The notes: generated by a model not told the origin, from the letters alone. Numbered from the stretch's first letter, positions 17,981 to 28,064 are shown. The stretch is 64,000 bases of DNA from Acidobacteriota bacterium (GCA_965209055.1 OZ242374.1:3424001-3488000); one strand, 5' to 3'. Made by a program: numbers and translations.

Positions 17981-19657
17981 TCACCTCCCGGGTTCTTCAG
18001 CCAGACGCCGTTTTGTCAGCGTACCGACGTAATTGGCCGTGGCCCTCGCCTGGTCCGCCAGCCAATACTGAAGGGCCAGTGGCCTGAGCGGCTGTTCACT
18101 CAGATACACCTCGTACCAGCCCTTGCCCAGCTTCGCCAACCGCAAGCCCAGGACAGAAAAACCGATCACCATCAACGGGATCAGGAGCGACGATATCACC
18201 GGAACCGTCGCCGGAAACGCCATCGCCATCGCTGCCAACAGTCCCGAAACGGCCGCCCCGCTGATTCCAGCCGCCAGGATGGACTTACCGATCGCCCGGT
18301 ACAGTTCCCGTTCCGAGATCTCTCTTCTCTGATACTGGAGACCGTACTCCAACACGGCCATAACCGCAGCTATGGCCGCTGCGGTCAAGGCGCCTTCCAT
18401 GGCACATTTTGCCGACTCCAAGAGCGTCGCGTGAAAGGCGTTGCTGTTCAGGACCCGCTGCGCGGCTTCAAGCTCCTTTGGCGTCATCCGATCACTGCCC
18501 CGAGCGCGATTCAGCGAGGCGTCCTCAAACAAGCCGTTGGATGCCCTGTGGCTGCCGCCCTCGCTGTATGCGTGTATGTGGCTCCAGTCCTTACCCTCCA
18601 GATGCTTCGCCGTGGCCTCGGGTCCCGCCGCCCGGATCGGCTCAGGGATCGTCTCCCAAACTCGTTGGGCTTCGACGAGCCCCCTCGAGCTACCCCGCGT
18701 CCCGGCGTACAAGTACTTTGTGGGATCTGCGTTTGCCCAGTCGAGATTGAGTGAAAAACGCGAAAGATGGCCATGAGCATCCAAGAACGGCAGCGGTTCA
18801 CGCACCACTCCCAACATTTTCTGGAAGGACGCTGTTGTTCTTACCTTTTCGGAGACGGCTAGGACGCCCGCTGTTACGCCGGTGATTACCGGCGCACCGT
18901 ATGAGCGGGTAACGGACAGCCCCGCCGTGACCCCCTGGCGAGCCTTTTCGGTAGTCCAGGCGGCGCCGTCCTTGACTCCGCCGGCAAGCTGTGTCGATCC
19001 ATCGCGGACTTTTTCGGTCGACCGAGTAGCCACTTCCTTCGCTCCCTCGGAGATGTGGGCCGCCCCAACCCGTGCCTTCCCGGCAGACCACGTGGCCGTG
19101 TCCTTTACCCCGTTTGCGACCTGAGTTGTTGCAGCGCGGGTCTTTTCGGCGGACCGAGTAGCCACATCCTTCGTTCCCTCGGCGACCTGGGTTGCCCCGA
19201 CTCGTGCCTTTTCGGCGGACCACGCGGCCGCGTTTTTGACTCCGTCTACGACGTGTGCGGCCCCATCACGGGCCTTTTCGGCGGACCGACCGGCTGCATC
19301 CATCGCTCCATCGGAAATGCGGGTTGCCCCAACTCGTGCCTTCTCGGCGGACCAATTGGTCGCACCCATAGCTCCCTCAGTTACCCGTGCTGTGCCGCCG
19401 CGAACCATTTCTGCTGACCAGCCAGCGGCGTCCTTGGCTTCGCCCGCAACTCGCGCCGCCCCGTCACGAGTCTTTTTTGCGGACCGAGCCGCAGCATTCT
19501 TGGCTCCCGCCGCTACCCGCGTCGCCCGATCACGAGCCTGTTCTGCAGACCAAGTGGCTGCCGCTTTAGCCCGCTTCCTCACTCGAAACAACCCGTCTCG
19601 GGCCTTCTCGGCTACCGACGCGGCGGTACGAGTCTCTTTTTCAGAGGTGTCTCCCAT
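17981..19657 (-). CDS. Hypothetical protein: 22-aa amphipathic repeats + HNH-like motif + hydrophobic C-terminus
   Basis: Eleven 22-aa units (..WSAEKAR.GA..V..G.KD), then KDWSHIHAYSEGGSHRASNGLFEDASLNRARG, then Ala/Gly-rich hydrophobic helices. Start ATG 19657 or the track start 19687. Confidence 0.75.
   Translation of the reverse strand: MGDTSEKETRTAASVAEKARDGLFRVRKRAKAAATWSAEQARDRATRVAAGAKNAAARSAKKTRDGAARVAGEAKDAAGWSAEMVRGGTARVTEGAMGATNWSAEKARVGATRISDGAMDAAGRSAEKARDGAAHVVDGVKNAAAWSAEKARVGATQVAEGTKDVATRSAEKTRAATTQVANGVKDTATWSAGKARVGAAHISEGAKEVATRSTEKVRDGSTQLAGGVKDGAAWTTEKARQGVTAGLSVTRSYGAPVITGVTAGVLAVSEKVRTTASFQKMLGVVREPLPFLDAHGHLSRFSLNLDWANADPTKYLYAGTRGSSRGLVEAQRVWETIPEPIRAAGPEATAKHLEGKDWSHIHAYSEGGSHRASNGLFEDASLNRARGSDRMTPKELEAAQRVLNSNAFHATLLESAKCAMEGALTAAAIAAVMAVLEYGLQYQRREISERELYRAIGKSILAAGISGAAVSGLLAAMAMAFPATVPVISSLLIPLMVIGFSVLGLRLAKLGKGWYEVYLSEQPLRPLALQYWLADQARATANYVGTLTKRRLAEEPGR
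18902..19627 (-). repeat. Coding tandem repeat, 66-bp period, ~11 degenerate copies
   Basis: Recurring + strand motifs (GCCTTTTCGGCGGACC-like) at ~66-bp spacing, matching the 22-aa protein repeat. Confidence 0.85.
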
Positions 19658-19699
19658 TTTCCGGACCTCTCGGCGTGGACCGGCCACACCAGTCTACGC

Positions 19700-19951
19700 T
19701 CAGTTCACGCCCCAATTGTCGTAACCGATGATCTCGTCGGCACTTCGCTGGTCACGCCTCGGCAGCTTTGCGCAGTGCAGTGCAATGCGGTCCAATTCCT
19801 CAATGCGCGAGGTCGTGCCTCGCGGTTTCTCAATCTGATCCAGTCTTGCCTGGATGGCATCTCTGACGGCGTCGACCGGAGAGAGTCCGGTCAGTTTGGC
19901 GAGCCTTTTCAACAGCGCATGGGTTTTGGGATCGTTAATTCTTAGTGGCAT
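19700..19951 (-). CDS. vapB: VapB-family antitoxin (Rv0623-like), no cognate VapC
   Basis: MPLRINDP.T..L...LA.LTG.S...AV..A...RL ... D.RSADEIIGYD, the typical signature of this family. Confidence 0.82.
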   Translation of the reverse strand: MPLRINDPKTHALLKRLAKLTGLSPVDAVRDAIQARLDQIEKPRGTTSRIEELDRIALHCAKLPRRDQRSADEIIGYDNWGVN

Positions 19952-20214
19952 CTTCGCTACTTCCTTATTCCATATCTTGGTGGAAACCGGGAACCATCAA
20001 CCTTGGAGACTGATCGTAACATCTGATTTCCAATGGCCGAAGCTCGGCGCGACCCCGCCCGTTGTCTTGGTCGCTGCAACGACCCTATAATCCCGGTCAA
20101 GCGCGGAGGCCTCGATCGCTCGTAGCGGGTCTGGAGACCATTGGCCACCACCTGCTCCCGATGATCGAGGTCGGAATCGCAAATCTCAATGTCCACGTTC
20201 GGAGGTTCTGAACC

Positions 20215-21075
20215 ATGAACATCGATCGCCGTCGTTTCATCGAAACCGTATCCCGGAGCGCCGCGGGCGCCGGCTTCATTCCGGCACTCTCGGCATTGGG
20301 CTGCGCCCCGTCTTCTGCTCCGGAGGCAACCCGTCCGGAGTCGACCGAATCCGAATGGAAGTCCCTGTTCGACGGAGTCACCCTGAACGGCTGGCACATC
20401 AACCCAGAGAAGATCGGTCACGGCACCGGTGGGCAGTGGGCCGTCGAGGATGGGACCATCACCGGTCAGCAGGATCCCCCCGGCTCGGGTAACGGCGGCA
20501 TCCTGCTCACCGACGAGAAGTTCATGGACTTCGAGCTTTCCATCGACATCAAACCGGACTGGGGAGTCTGCTCGGGACTCTTTCTGCGCAGCAACGACAA
20601 GGGCCAGTGCATACAGATGATGGTCGACTATCACGACAACGGGAAGATGGGGTTTCTCTACGGCGAAGGGACTTTCGGATTCAACAGCGCCACCTTCGAG
20701 GTCAATGGCGTCCTGGACCAGGATCAGCAATTGGTCCGTCTCACGCCCATCGGCGGCCGCTCCCTGGAGGAGGCCGGGCTGGTTTCGTCGTGCACGCCGG
20801 AGGAATTCATCGAGGCCTACAAGATCGACGACTGGAATACGGCCCGGGTCCTCATCACCGGAACCGAACCGCACATCACCACTTGGATCAACGGTCTGAA
20901 GATCTGCGAGTTCGACGGGCCGACCACGACCAATCAGAAGTATGTCGACAACCGCCAGGAGATCGTGAACCGCGTCGGCAAACCCGGCAGCATCGCGGTC
21001 CAGGTCCATGGCGGAAAGGGTTGGCCGACCGGCGCCAAGTGCCGCTGGAAGAACATCCGGATCCGCCCGGCGTAG
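20215..21075 (+). CDS. DUF1080 (3-keto-disaccharide hydrolase family) protein, Tat/lipoprotein signal
   Basis: RRRFI Tat motif, SLFDG.TL.GW, W.VEDG.I.G, G.LLTD..F.DFEL, SGLFLR, WN, G.IAVQVH, WKNIRIR. Confidence 0.9.
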   Translation: MNIDRRRFIETVSRSAAGAGFIPALSALGCAPSSAPEATRPESTESEWKSLFDGVTLNGWHINPEKIGHGTGGQWAVEDGTITGQQDPPGSGNGGILLTDEKFMDFELSIDIKPDWGVCSGLFLRSNDKGQCIQMMVDYHDNGKMGFLYGEGTFGFNSATFEVNGVLDQDQQLVRLTPIGGRSLEEAGLVSSCTPEEFIEAYKIDDWNTARVLITGTEPHITTWINGLKICEFDGPTTTNQKYVDNRQEIVNRVGKPGSIAVQVHGGKGWPTGAKCRWKNIRIRPA

Positions 21076-21077
21076 AG

Positions 21078-21923
21078 CTAGGAGGGGGGACTTTCAGTCC
21101 CCCTGCGTTCCCACCGGATCGGTGGCTGGAAACCTGCCGATCCCATCCCCCCGCGACCCGGCAGCGACTCCAGCAGGGCGCGAGTGTACGCATGTCGTGG
21201 CTTCCGCAAGACTGTCTCCGTCGGTCCCGCCTCCACAATGCGTCCCCGGCGCATCACGTGCACCCGGGAGGTCAGGTATCGCACCAGAGCCAAATCGTGG
21301 GAAATAAACAGGATGGCCAGGTTCCGTCGGGACCGGAGCCGTCGCAGGAGGTTGGCGAGACGGGCTTGCGCCGACTGATCGATGGCGGAGGTGGGCTCGT
21401 CCGCAATCAGGACCTTCGGTTCGGGCGCCAGGGCCCGGGCGATGCTGACCCGCTGGCGCTGGCCGCCCGACAGTGCCCTGGGAAATCGTCGGGCCTGGGA
21501 TTCGTCGATGCCGATGGATTGAAGCAGCGAGAAGGCTTCCGTCCGGGCCTGCTTGCGCGTCAGTCCCCGCCACACCTGGAGAGCTTCCGCCACCGCCGAC
21601 CACGCCCGCATCCGGGGGTTCAGGGACGAATATGGATCCTGGAAGACCATCTGGACCTTCCAGCGCTCGTTCTTGGGGACGTGCTCTCGCGAGTGGGGCG
21701 CAGAGACCTGACTGCCTTCCAACAACACCGTTCCGGAGACCGTCGGCTGGAGGCCAACGAGTGCCCGGGCAAGGGTGGTCTTACCGCTGCCGCTCTCGCC
21801 GACCACGCCCACGATCTCGGCCGGATTGAGTGAAAGGCTGGCGTCTCGGACGGCCTCGAACGCGTCCGAACCCCGTCCGAACCGGACCGTGATGTTGCGC
21901 CCCTCCAGCAGCGGTCCGCTCAT
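21078..21923 (-). CDS. Peptide/nickel ABC transporter ATP-binding protein (OppF/DppF-like)
   Basis: GESGSGKTT, QMVFQDPYSSLNPR, LSGGQRQR, IADEPTSA, HAYTRALL; ATG 21923. Confidence 0.92.
   Translation of the reverse strand: MSGPLLEGRNITVRFGRGSDAFEAVRDASLSLNPAEIVGVVGESGSGKTTLARALVGLQPTVSGTVLLEGSQVSAPHSREHVPKNERWKVQMVFQDPYSSLNPRMRAWSAVAEALQVWRGLTRKQARTEAFSLLQSIGIDESQARRFPRALSGGQRQRVSIARALAPEPKVLIADEPTSAIDQSAQARLANLLRRLRSRRNLAILFISHDLALVRYLTSRVHVMRRGRIVEAGPTETVLRKPRHAYTRALLESLPGRGGMGSAGFQPPIRWERRGTESPPS
21081..21143. repeat. REP-like palindrome doublet
   Basis: GGAGGGGGGACTTTCAGTCCCCC ... ATCGGTGGCTGGAAACCTGCCGATCC. Confidence 0.6.
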
Positions 21924-22915
21924 GGACCGTCCTCCATACGGTCGTGGTGAAGACACGCCGTCCGTTGGATTCCGGCAGGCGCGAGAGGCGGCTGGGCATC
22001 CTCGCGGCAGTCGGCGTCCGCCAGCGAACAGCGGGGCCAGAAGCGGCAACCGGCGGGCCACGCGCCGACAGACGCCGGATCCCCTGGAATGGTCTCCAGA
22101 TCTTCTCCGGGCACCGCCAGGTCCACCCGCGACGCCAGCAAGGCTCGCGTATAGGGATGGCGCGGATGCCTGACCACCGCGTCCAGAGGGCCGTTCTCGA
22201 CCGACGCGCCGGCGTACATGACCATCACGCTGTCGCACACCTCCTCGATCACCGCCAGATCGTGGGAGACGAAGATCAGGGCCATCTTCAGACGCTCCCG
22301 AAGCCGATTAATCAAGCTCAGGATCTCGCGTTGGATCGTCACGTCCAGCGCCGTCGTCGGCTCGTCGGCGATCAAGATCTCGGGCTCCTGGGACAGGGCC
22401 GCTGCGATCATGACACGCTGCCGCATACCGCCGGAAAGCTCGTGAGAACGCATCTCCAGGACTTGGCCGGGGCGGAGGATCCGCACCAGGTCCAGAAGCT
22501 GGAGCGCCTGATGATCCGCTTCCGTGTTGGAGACGTCGCGAGCCGCGTGGATTGCCTCCGTCAACTGGGTACGGACCGTGAGAACCGGATTGAGTCCGGC
22601 CAGGGAACTCTGCGGGACGTATCCGATCCGCCGGCCGCGGATCCGCCGCCAGACCTTCTCGTCGGCCCCCGCCAAGTCCTGGTCCCGATAGAGAATCCTG
22701 CCGGAAGCCACTACGGCTCCGTGGCGCCGGAGTGTCCCCATCAAGGCGCGGCAGAGCATCGTCTTGCCCGAGCCCGACTCACCGACGATGCCCAGAGCCT
22801 GATGGCGACGGAGGTAGAAATCGGCCGTGTCCACGATGGACAACAGGTCTCCCCGGCCACGCGGGACGCCGATGCGCAGGGACTCCACTCGCAGTATCGG
22901 GGATTCAATGTTCAC
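21920..22915 (-). CDS. Peptide/nickel ABC transporter ATP-binding protein (OppD/DppD-like)
   Basis: GESGSGKT, HELSGGMRQRVMIA, ADEPTTALDVTIQ, HPYTRALL, GCRFWPRC; GTG start 22915. Confidence 0.92.
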   Translation of the reverse strand: MNIESPILRVESLRIGVPRGRGDLLSIVDTADFYLRRHQALGIVGESGSGKTMLCRALMGTLRRHGAVVASGRILYRDQDLAGADEKVWRRIRGRRIGYVPQSSLAGLNPVLTVRTQLTEAIHAARDVSNTEADHQALQLLDLVRILRPGQVLEMRSHELSGGMRQRVMIAAALSQEPEILIADEPTTALDVTIQREILSLINRLRERLKMALIFVSHDLAVIEEVCDSVMVMYAGASVENGPLDAVVRHPRHPYTRALLASRVDLAVPGEDLETIPGDPASVGAWPAGCRFWPRCSLADADCREDAQPPLAPAGIQRTACLHHDRMEDGP

Positions 22916-23745
22916 TAGCTTTCCCCCGCGTACCGGCCGGACACGCCGTGGGCCAGCAGCGCGACGCCGATGGCGGTCAGGGAGAGCGCCAGGCCGGGAA
23001 AGACTGTGATCCACCACTGCGTCTGCAGGTAGAGCCGGCCGTCGGCGATCATGGCTCCCCACTCGGGAGTCGGAGGGTTGACTCCCGCCCCCAGAAACGA
23101 GAGCGACGACACGGTCAACACCACGATGACGAAGTCGCTCAGTCCGTAGGCGACGGTCTCGCTGTAGACGTTGGGAAGGATGTGCCGGACCAGGACCCGC
23201 AGCCGCGAATACCCGAGGACGCGGGTCGCCTCCACGAAGTCGGCGTTCCTCAGGATCAGGGCCCGGGAACGCGCTATACGAGCGTAGCGGGCCCAGTTCA
23301 CCGCCGCGAGCCCGATCAGGAGACCGGTGACCCCCGGACCCACGACTGCCACGATGGCGATGACCAGCACCACGAAGGGGAAGGCGTTGATGGCGTCGAT
23401 CAGCATCAGCCACAACCAGGCCACGAGACGGTTCCGGGTCGTCCCCAAAACGGCTCCCAGGAAGGTCCCGATGAGAAGCGGCACCGAGACCCCGATGAGC
23501 GCCAGGATCAGGTCCAGTCGGCCCGCGGCGAAGGTCCGGGTGAAGACGTCTCTTCCCAGTTGATCGGTGCCGAAGAGATGTTCGCCGCCGGGGGCTGACA
23601 ACGGAGGCCCGGTGGCGCCGACGGGATCGTGGGGACTGAGCAGAGGGACCAGAACGCTCAGGGCGATCACCAGCAGGACGATGGATATCCCGACCAGGGC
23701 GGAACGATTGAGATCCACGGGCAGAAGCCGCCGTAGTTGCTTCAT
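22915..23745 (-). CDS. Peptide ABC permease (OppC/DppC-like)
   Basis: HLFGTDQLGRDVF, FVEA...LG, RHILPN, LSFLG.G..PP.PEWG.MI; ATG 23745. Confidence 0.92.
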   Translation of the reverse strand: MKQLRRLLPVDLNRSALVGISIVLLVIALSVLVPLLSPHDPVGATGPPLSAPGGEHLFGTDQLGRDVFTRTFAAGRLDLILALIGVSVPLLIGTFLGAVLGTTRNRLVAWLWLMLIDAINAFPFVVLVIAIVAVVGPGVTGLLIGLAAVNWARYARIARSRALILRNADFVEATRVLGYSRLRVLVRHILPNVYSETVAYGLSDFVIVVLTVSSLSFLGAGVNPPTPEWGAMIADGRLYLQTQWWITVFPGLALSLTAIGVALLAHGVSGRYAGES

Positions 23746-24743
23746 GAGACTCGGATCCGCGGATCGAGCCAGCCGCTGACCGTATCGGACAGGAAGCTGA
23801 CTATGACCACGATGAGCGCGAATATCAGGACGATCCCCTGGACCACGGGATAGTCGCGCAGCAGGACCCCCTCGACGACCAGGGCCGTCCCCATCCCCGG
23901 AAGATTGAAAACGATCTCGACCACCACCGTGGCGCTCAGAAGTTGTCCCAGGATGTAGCCCAACAGGCTGATGGTGGGGGCCAGCGAAGGCCGCAGCAGG
24001 TAGCGCCACACCAGGACCGGGGCCGGCAGTCCCCGGACGATGGCCGTCTCCACGAACTCCTGCTCCATGGTCTCGGCGATGGAACTCTGGAGGACCCGGG
24101 CCAGGATCGGGACCAGAGCCCCGCTCATGGTCAGGGCGGGGAGCCAGAGATACTGGAGGTTGCCCGGGAACCCGGGTTGATACCCCGCCACCGGGGCCCA
24201 ACCGAGGCGCACCGCGAAGAGGAGAATGAGAAGCAGCCCGAAGTAGAAGGAAGGAGTGGCCAGTGAGACGGAGGTGGCGACCCGGAAGGCATGGTCGAAC
24301 CAGGTGCCGCGGAGCAGGGCGGCGGCAACCCCCAGCGGAATCGCCATCAGGAGGGCCATCAACACCGTCACGCCGATCAGCCAGGCGGTCATGGGAAGCG
24401 TCCGGGCGACGACCGAGTTGACGCTCTGTCCAGTCTGAATCGAGGTGCCCAGGTCGCCCTGCGCCACCGACGCCAGGTATCTGGCGAACTGTTGAGGAAG
24501 ACTCCCCTCGAGTCCCAGGATCTCCCGGTACTTGGCTACCAGTTCCGAGGTGGCGGCGTCCCCCAACAGGAGTTCCACCGGATCGCCGGGGATAAGATGG
24601 ATCAGAGTGAAGGTGACCAGCAGCACGCCCAACGCCGCCAACGCGGCCCGGGCGAGATGGCGGAGGCTCCTGGTGAGAAGGTGGGTGCCACTGGCATCAG
24701 GGGGTGCGGTCCGGGCGGAATCGGGAGGCGCTCCGTTACTCAC
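23742..24743 (-). CDS. Peptide ABC permease (OppB/DppB-like)
   Basis: LIPGDPV, QGDLG.S, P.F..GLLLILLFAV.LGW.P, VVE.VF.LPGMG, RDYPVVQG. Confidence 0.92.
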   Translation of the reverse strand: MSNGAPPDSARTAPPDASGTHLLTRSLRHLARAALAALGVLLVTFTLIHLIPGDPVELLLGDAATSELVAKYREILGLEGSLPQQFARYLASVAQGDLGTSIQTGQSVNSVVARTLPMTAWLIGVTVLMALLMAIPLGVAAALLRGTWFDHAFRVATSVSLATPSFYFGLLLILLFAVRLGWAPVAGYQPGFPGNLQYLWLPALTMSGALVPILARVLQSSIAETMEQEFVETAIVRGLPAPVLVWRYLLRPSLAPTISLLGYILGQLLSATVVVEIVFNLPGMGTALVVEGVLLRDYPVVQGIVLIFALIVVIVSFLSDTVSGWLDPRIRVS

Positions 24744-26327
24744 CTACTCACCGGTGGAAGACGGGTCAGAGTGTCGCTGCAACTCGGCCAGGGTTGCCAC
24801 CATGGGATTGGTGCCGGGCGGGAGGTTGGCTTCGAACAGGATCTTCCGGTCGATCCGGCTCCCGACCAGAACGACCCGCTCCGAAATCGGGACGAGCGGC
24901 ATGTCTTGAAGCGCCAGTTCCTGGGCGCGATGGATGAGCTCGATTCTCCGGTCGAAATCAACGGCGACGGAGGCCGAGTTCACCAGACGGATCACCTCCG
25001 GGTTGCGGTAGCGAAGGGCTTCGGTCCAGAATGCCCCCGGAATCCATTGACTCCTGAAGAAATTCATGGGACCCGCGGCCAGGCCCGAAAACTGCATCTC
25101 GTAGCCTCCGGAACGAAGATTGGAGCCGGCCACGGCATCCTCCAGGGGTTCCACCTGAACCTGGATTCCAAGGTCTTGCAGGTTGGCGGCAATGACCAGA
25201 GCGGCATCCGTCCAACCGCTGCGTTGGCCCCAGGCCTGCAACGTCACGCTGAAGCCGTCACTGAAGGGAGTCTTGGCCAACAGCTCCCGCGCGGCCTCAA
25301 GGTTCCGCTTTCCGCCGAAGGGAAGGTTGAACAGGCTTTCCGGCGGTCCCGCGTACTGGAATCCCCGGGCCGGAGGCGAAATGCCGCCGAAGGCCTTCTG
25401 ATTGACCTCATCCCGGTCGATGGCCAGCGAGATCGCCTGCCGGACCTGAGCGTTCCGCAAGGGGTGACCGTCCGGCAATCCGCCATTGAAGGCAACGTGG
25501 TACTGGCCGTTGTGAGGGGCGGGGTAAGTCTCGACCCCCGCCGGCAACGAAGCCCTCGCCGTCACCGGCAGGTCGTACACGTAGTCGATGGTCCCGGCAG
25601 CCAGTTGCAACACCCGGGAGGTGGGGTCGGGCACGGCAACCAGCTCGATCCGCTCGATGGCCATGGCACCCCGGACATAGTTGGGATTGGCCTCGATCAC
25701 CCACCTTGAAGCCCCGGGAATCCATTCCTTCAGCACGTAGGGACCGGAGCTGACCGGATGGCGGAAGTAGTCGGGATCCTCTTCGATCCGGGACTGCGGA
25801 TGGAGCCCCATGGCCATGTGGGCCAATGCCAGCGGAAGATCCAGGTAGGGTTCCTTCAGGTGGAAAACGACCGTTTTGGGGTCTGGCGCCTCGACCTCCC
25901 GGATGGGCGGCAGCAGCAGCGCGAAGTACGGTCCGGGATGATCGCGGTTCCGCGTGTAGGCGAAGACGGCGTCCCCGCTTGTGACCGGCGTGCCGTCCGA
26001 ATAGACCAACCCCTCCTTCAGGGTCACGGTGGCCGTCAGGCCGTCGCCGGAGACCTCCATGGATTCGGCCAGCTCCGGCTCCACCGACCAGTCGTGATTC
26101 AGCCGGAAGAGCTGTCCGGCGATCAGGTACAGGGTGACGATGCTGGGTTGATGGGTGGAGCCCAGAATGTCCAGATTGGTGAGCTTCGAACTCAGGGAGA
26201 TGGTGACCGAAGGGATGGGCAGCTCGTCCCGTCTCTCCCTCGGGTCGGCGCCGCCTGGACCCGCCGGTCCGCATCCGGGCAGGGTCGCAACACAAAGCAG
26301 CCACGCCAAGAGAGAAAGTCCTCGCAT
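24744..26327 (-). CDS. Peptide/nickel ABC substrate-binding lipoprotein (family 5)
   Basis: Lipobox LPGC; PELAES..VS.DGLT....LK.G...SDGTP.T, SGPY, VRQAISLAIDR; ATG 26327. Confidence 0.9.
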   Translation of the reverse strand: MRGLSLLAWLLCVATLPGCGPAGPGGADPRERRDELPIPSVTISLSSKLTNLDILGSTHQPSIVTLYLIAGQLFRLNHDWSVEPELAESMEVSGDGLTATVTLKEGLVYSDGTPVTSGDAVFAYTRNRDHPGPYFALLLPPIREVEAPDPKTVVFHLKEPYLDLPLALAHMAMGLHPQSRIEEDPDYFRHPVSSGPYVLKEWIPGASRWVIEANPNYVRGAMAIERIELVAVPDPTSRVLQLAAGTIDYVYDLPVTARASLPAGVETYPAPHNGQYHVAFNGGLPDGHPLRNAQVRQAISLAIDRDEVNQKAFGGISPPARGFQYAGPPESLFNLPFGGKRNLEAARELLAKTPFSDGFSVTLQAWGQRSGWTDAALVIAANLQDLGIQVQVEPLEDAVAGSNLRSGGYEMQFSGLAAGPMNFFRSQWIPGAFWTEALRYRNPEVIRLVNSASVAVDFDRRIELIHRAQELALQDMPLVPISERVVLVGSRIDRKILFEANLPPGTNPMVATLAELQRHSDPSSTGE

Positions 26328-26566
26328 AGAGGCAGATTCTATCTGAGACAGCGGCACGCGGCCAGCCGCCCGGCGGGTGTCGACCGCCGGGCCATGCCAC
26401 CCTCGGCTTACTCTGCTTGGCACGATCCAGCCGGGACGGGGCCCGTTTTTCGATTGCGATCGCGGTTTGGAGATTTCCGTTCCCGCAGAATAGGAAGATG
26501 ACCATGCCACCAGGAATACGTCCGATAGACATCAAGAATCAGTTCGGTTGGGCTCGGAAAACGCGC

Positions 26567-28064
26567 ATGTATCGGGTTCTTGCGAATGTTGGGTTGCTGA
26601 CCGGTCTCGCGACCGCGGCCGGTTTGGCCTCAACTGGCGAAGACTGGCGCATGGCGTTGCTGCGGGAACTCTCCCAGGCGTACCTGGAGGAGGAGGTCAC
26701 GCCGGAGCTCACCGGAGACGAGCGCCGACAACAGTTGGATCGCCTCTTTCGGGAGCTGGGCCGTCGCTTGGCCGACTCGGGAAGCGCCGCCGTGCCGGTG
26801 CGTCATATCGCCTCTCTGGCGCTCCTCGGGAGTGAGTTGGCGGATCCTGACGGTCAGGCCTCGAAGACGCCCGATGTTGACAAGGTTGCGCCAGGAGAAC
26901 CGGTCACGGAGCCCGCACCTGAAGAACCGCTCGGGGCGGCGAGTCTGACCAAGGGTCAGGAAGGTTTTCGCCAAGCCATTGAGCAATTCCAGGATTTGCC
27001 CCTTACGGAACGCATGGTCATGACCGGCGACGTCACTTCGGGAGTGCAGATGGCGACGGTGCCTGGCAATACGCCGGATCTGACCTCGGTCTTTGGGAGG
27101 ACTCGCGTGAACTTTACGTTGAGAGCCCTGCCCGCCCGGAGCCAGGTCTGGGACGAGGGCTACTTCTTCGTTCAGATCGGGGCCGCAGGCGGACCCTTCG
27201 ACAGTTCCCCGGTCGGCGGTCCAGCGTCATTCAGCAGCTTCAATGACGTCGCCAGTGATCGCAGCCGCTTCAACGAGCCCATCGCGCGGGGAAATCTCTA
27301 CCTTGGAAAGGCCTTCTATGAGCAGGGCCTTCGCTGGGGAGGCAATCGCCTGAGTGCGAGAGCCGGCGTTCTGGACATCTCGGACTACTTCGATGCCAAC
27401 GAATTCGCCAACAACGAAGTTCGACAGTTCGTCAACAGCGCATTCGTAAACGGGGCTGCCTACAAGACCGGGGTCATTGCTCCAGGCTTGGTCGGAGAAT
27501 ATGAACGGCCGTTGGAGCACGAGAGATTCAAAGGGGTCGTCTTGCGCCTGGGATACGCGGTATCCAGGACCGAAAGGGCCTTCACCTCTCCCCTCTGGTC
27601 GACGGAAGCGGCGCTGCGGACGGTATTGGGGAATTATCCGGGAAATTGGCGCATCGGTATGACTCTCGGCAACGTGGCTGGAGAAGGGGGCGTCAGCGGC
27701 ATCTACGTGAGCGCGGATCAGTGGGTCAGCGCCCGCGTCGGACTGTTCGGACGTTACGGAGTGGGCAATTCCGGTTCGGGCTCCCTGGTCTTCGGTCCGG
27801 TCCTCGTATTCGGGGGGGATCCAGTGGCGTTTCGCCAGTGAAGGCCTTCAGGACTCCGCCTTGGGCCTCGCCTTCTCACAGGCGTTCCGGATCGATGACG
27901 GGGAATCCCATACCTCCGAGAAAGTGCTGGAGACCTACTACCGGTGGCAGATCACTCGAAACTTCGCCGTGACTCCCGACTTTCAGTTGGTCTTCGGGTC
28001 TGGTGGAAGACCGGCCAAGGGGACCCAGGGTGTGGTCGGAGCCCGGGTCCACGTGAGCTTCTGA
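26567..28064 (+). pseudogene. OprB-like carbohydrate-selective porin, frameshifted at ~27794-27818
   Basis: D.SDYFDANEFANNE..QF.N.AFVN in the first frame; the C-terminal ETYYRWQI...VTPDFQ.V...VVGARVHVSF strand lies in the next frame, which is open back across the junction (RSSYSGGIQWRF). Confidence 0.75.

Noticed and set aside
18902-19627. Possible CRISPR-like array
   Set aside because: Units are contiguous 66-bp degenerate in-frame coding repeats with no identical repeats or unique spacers, and no cas genes are present.
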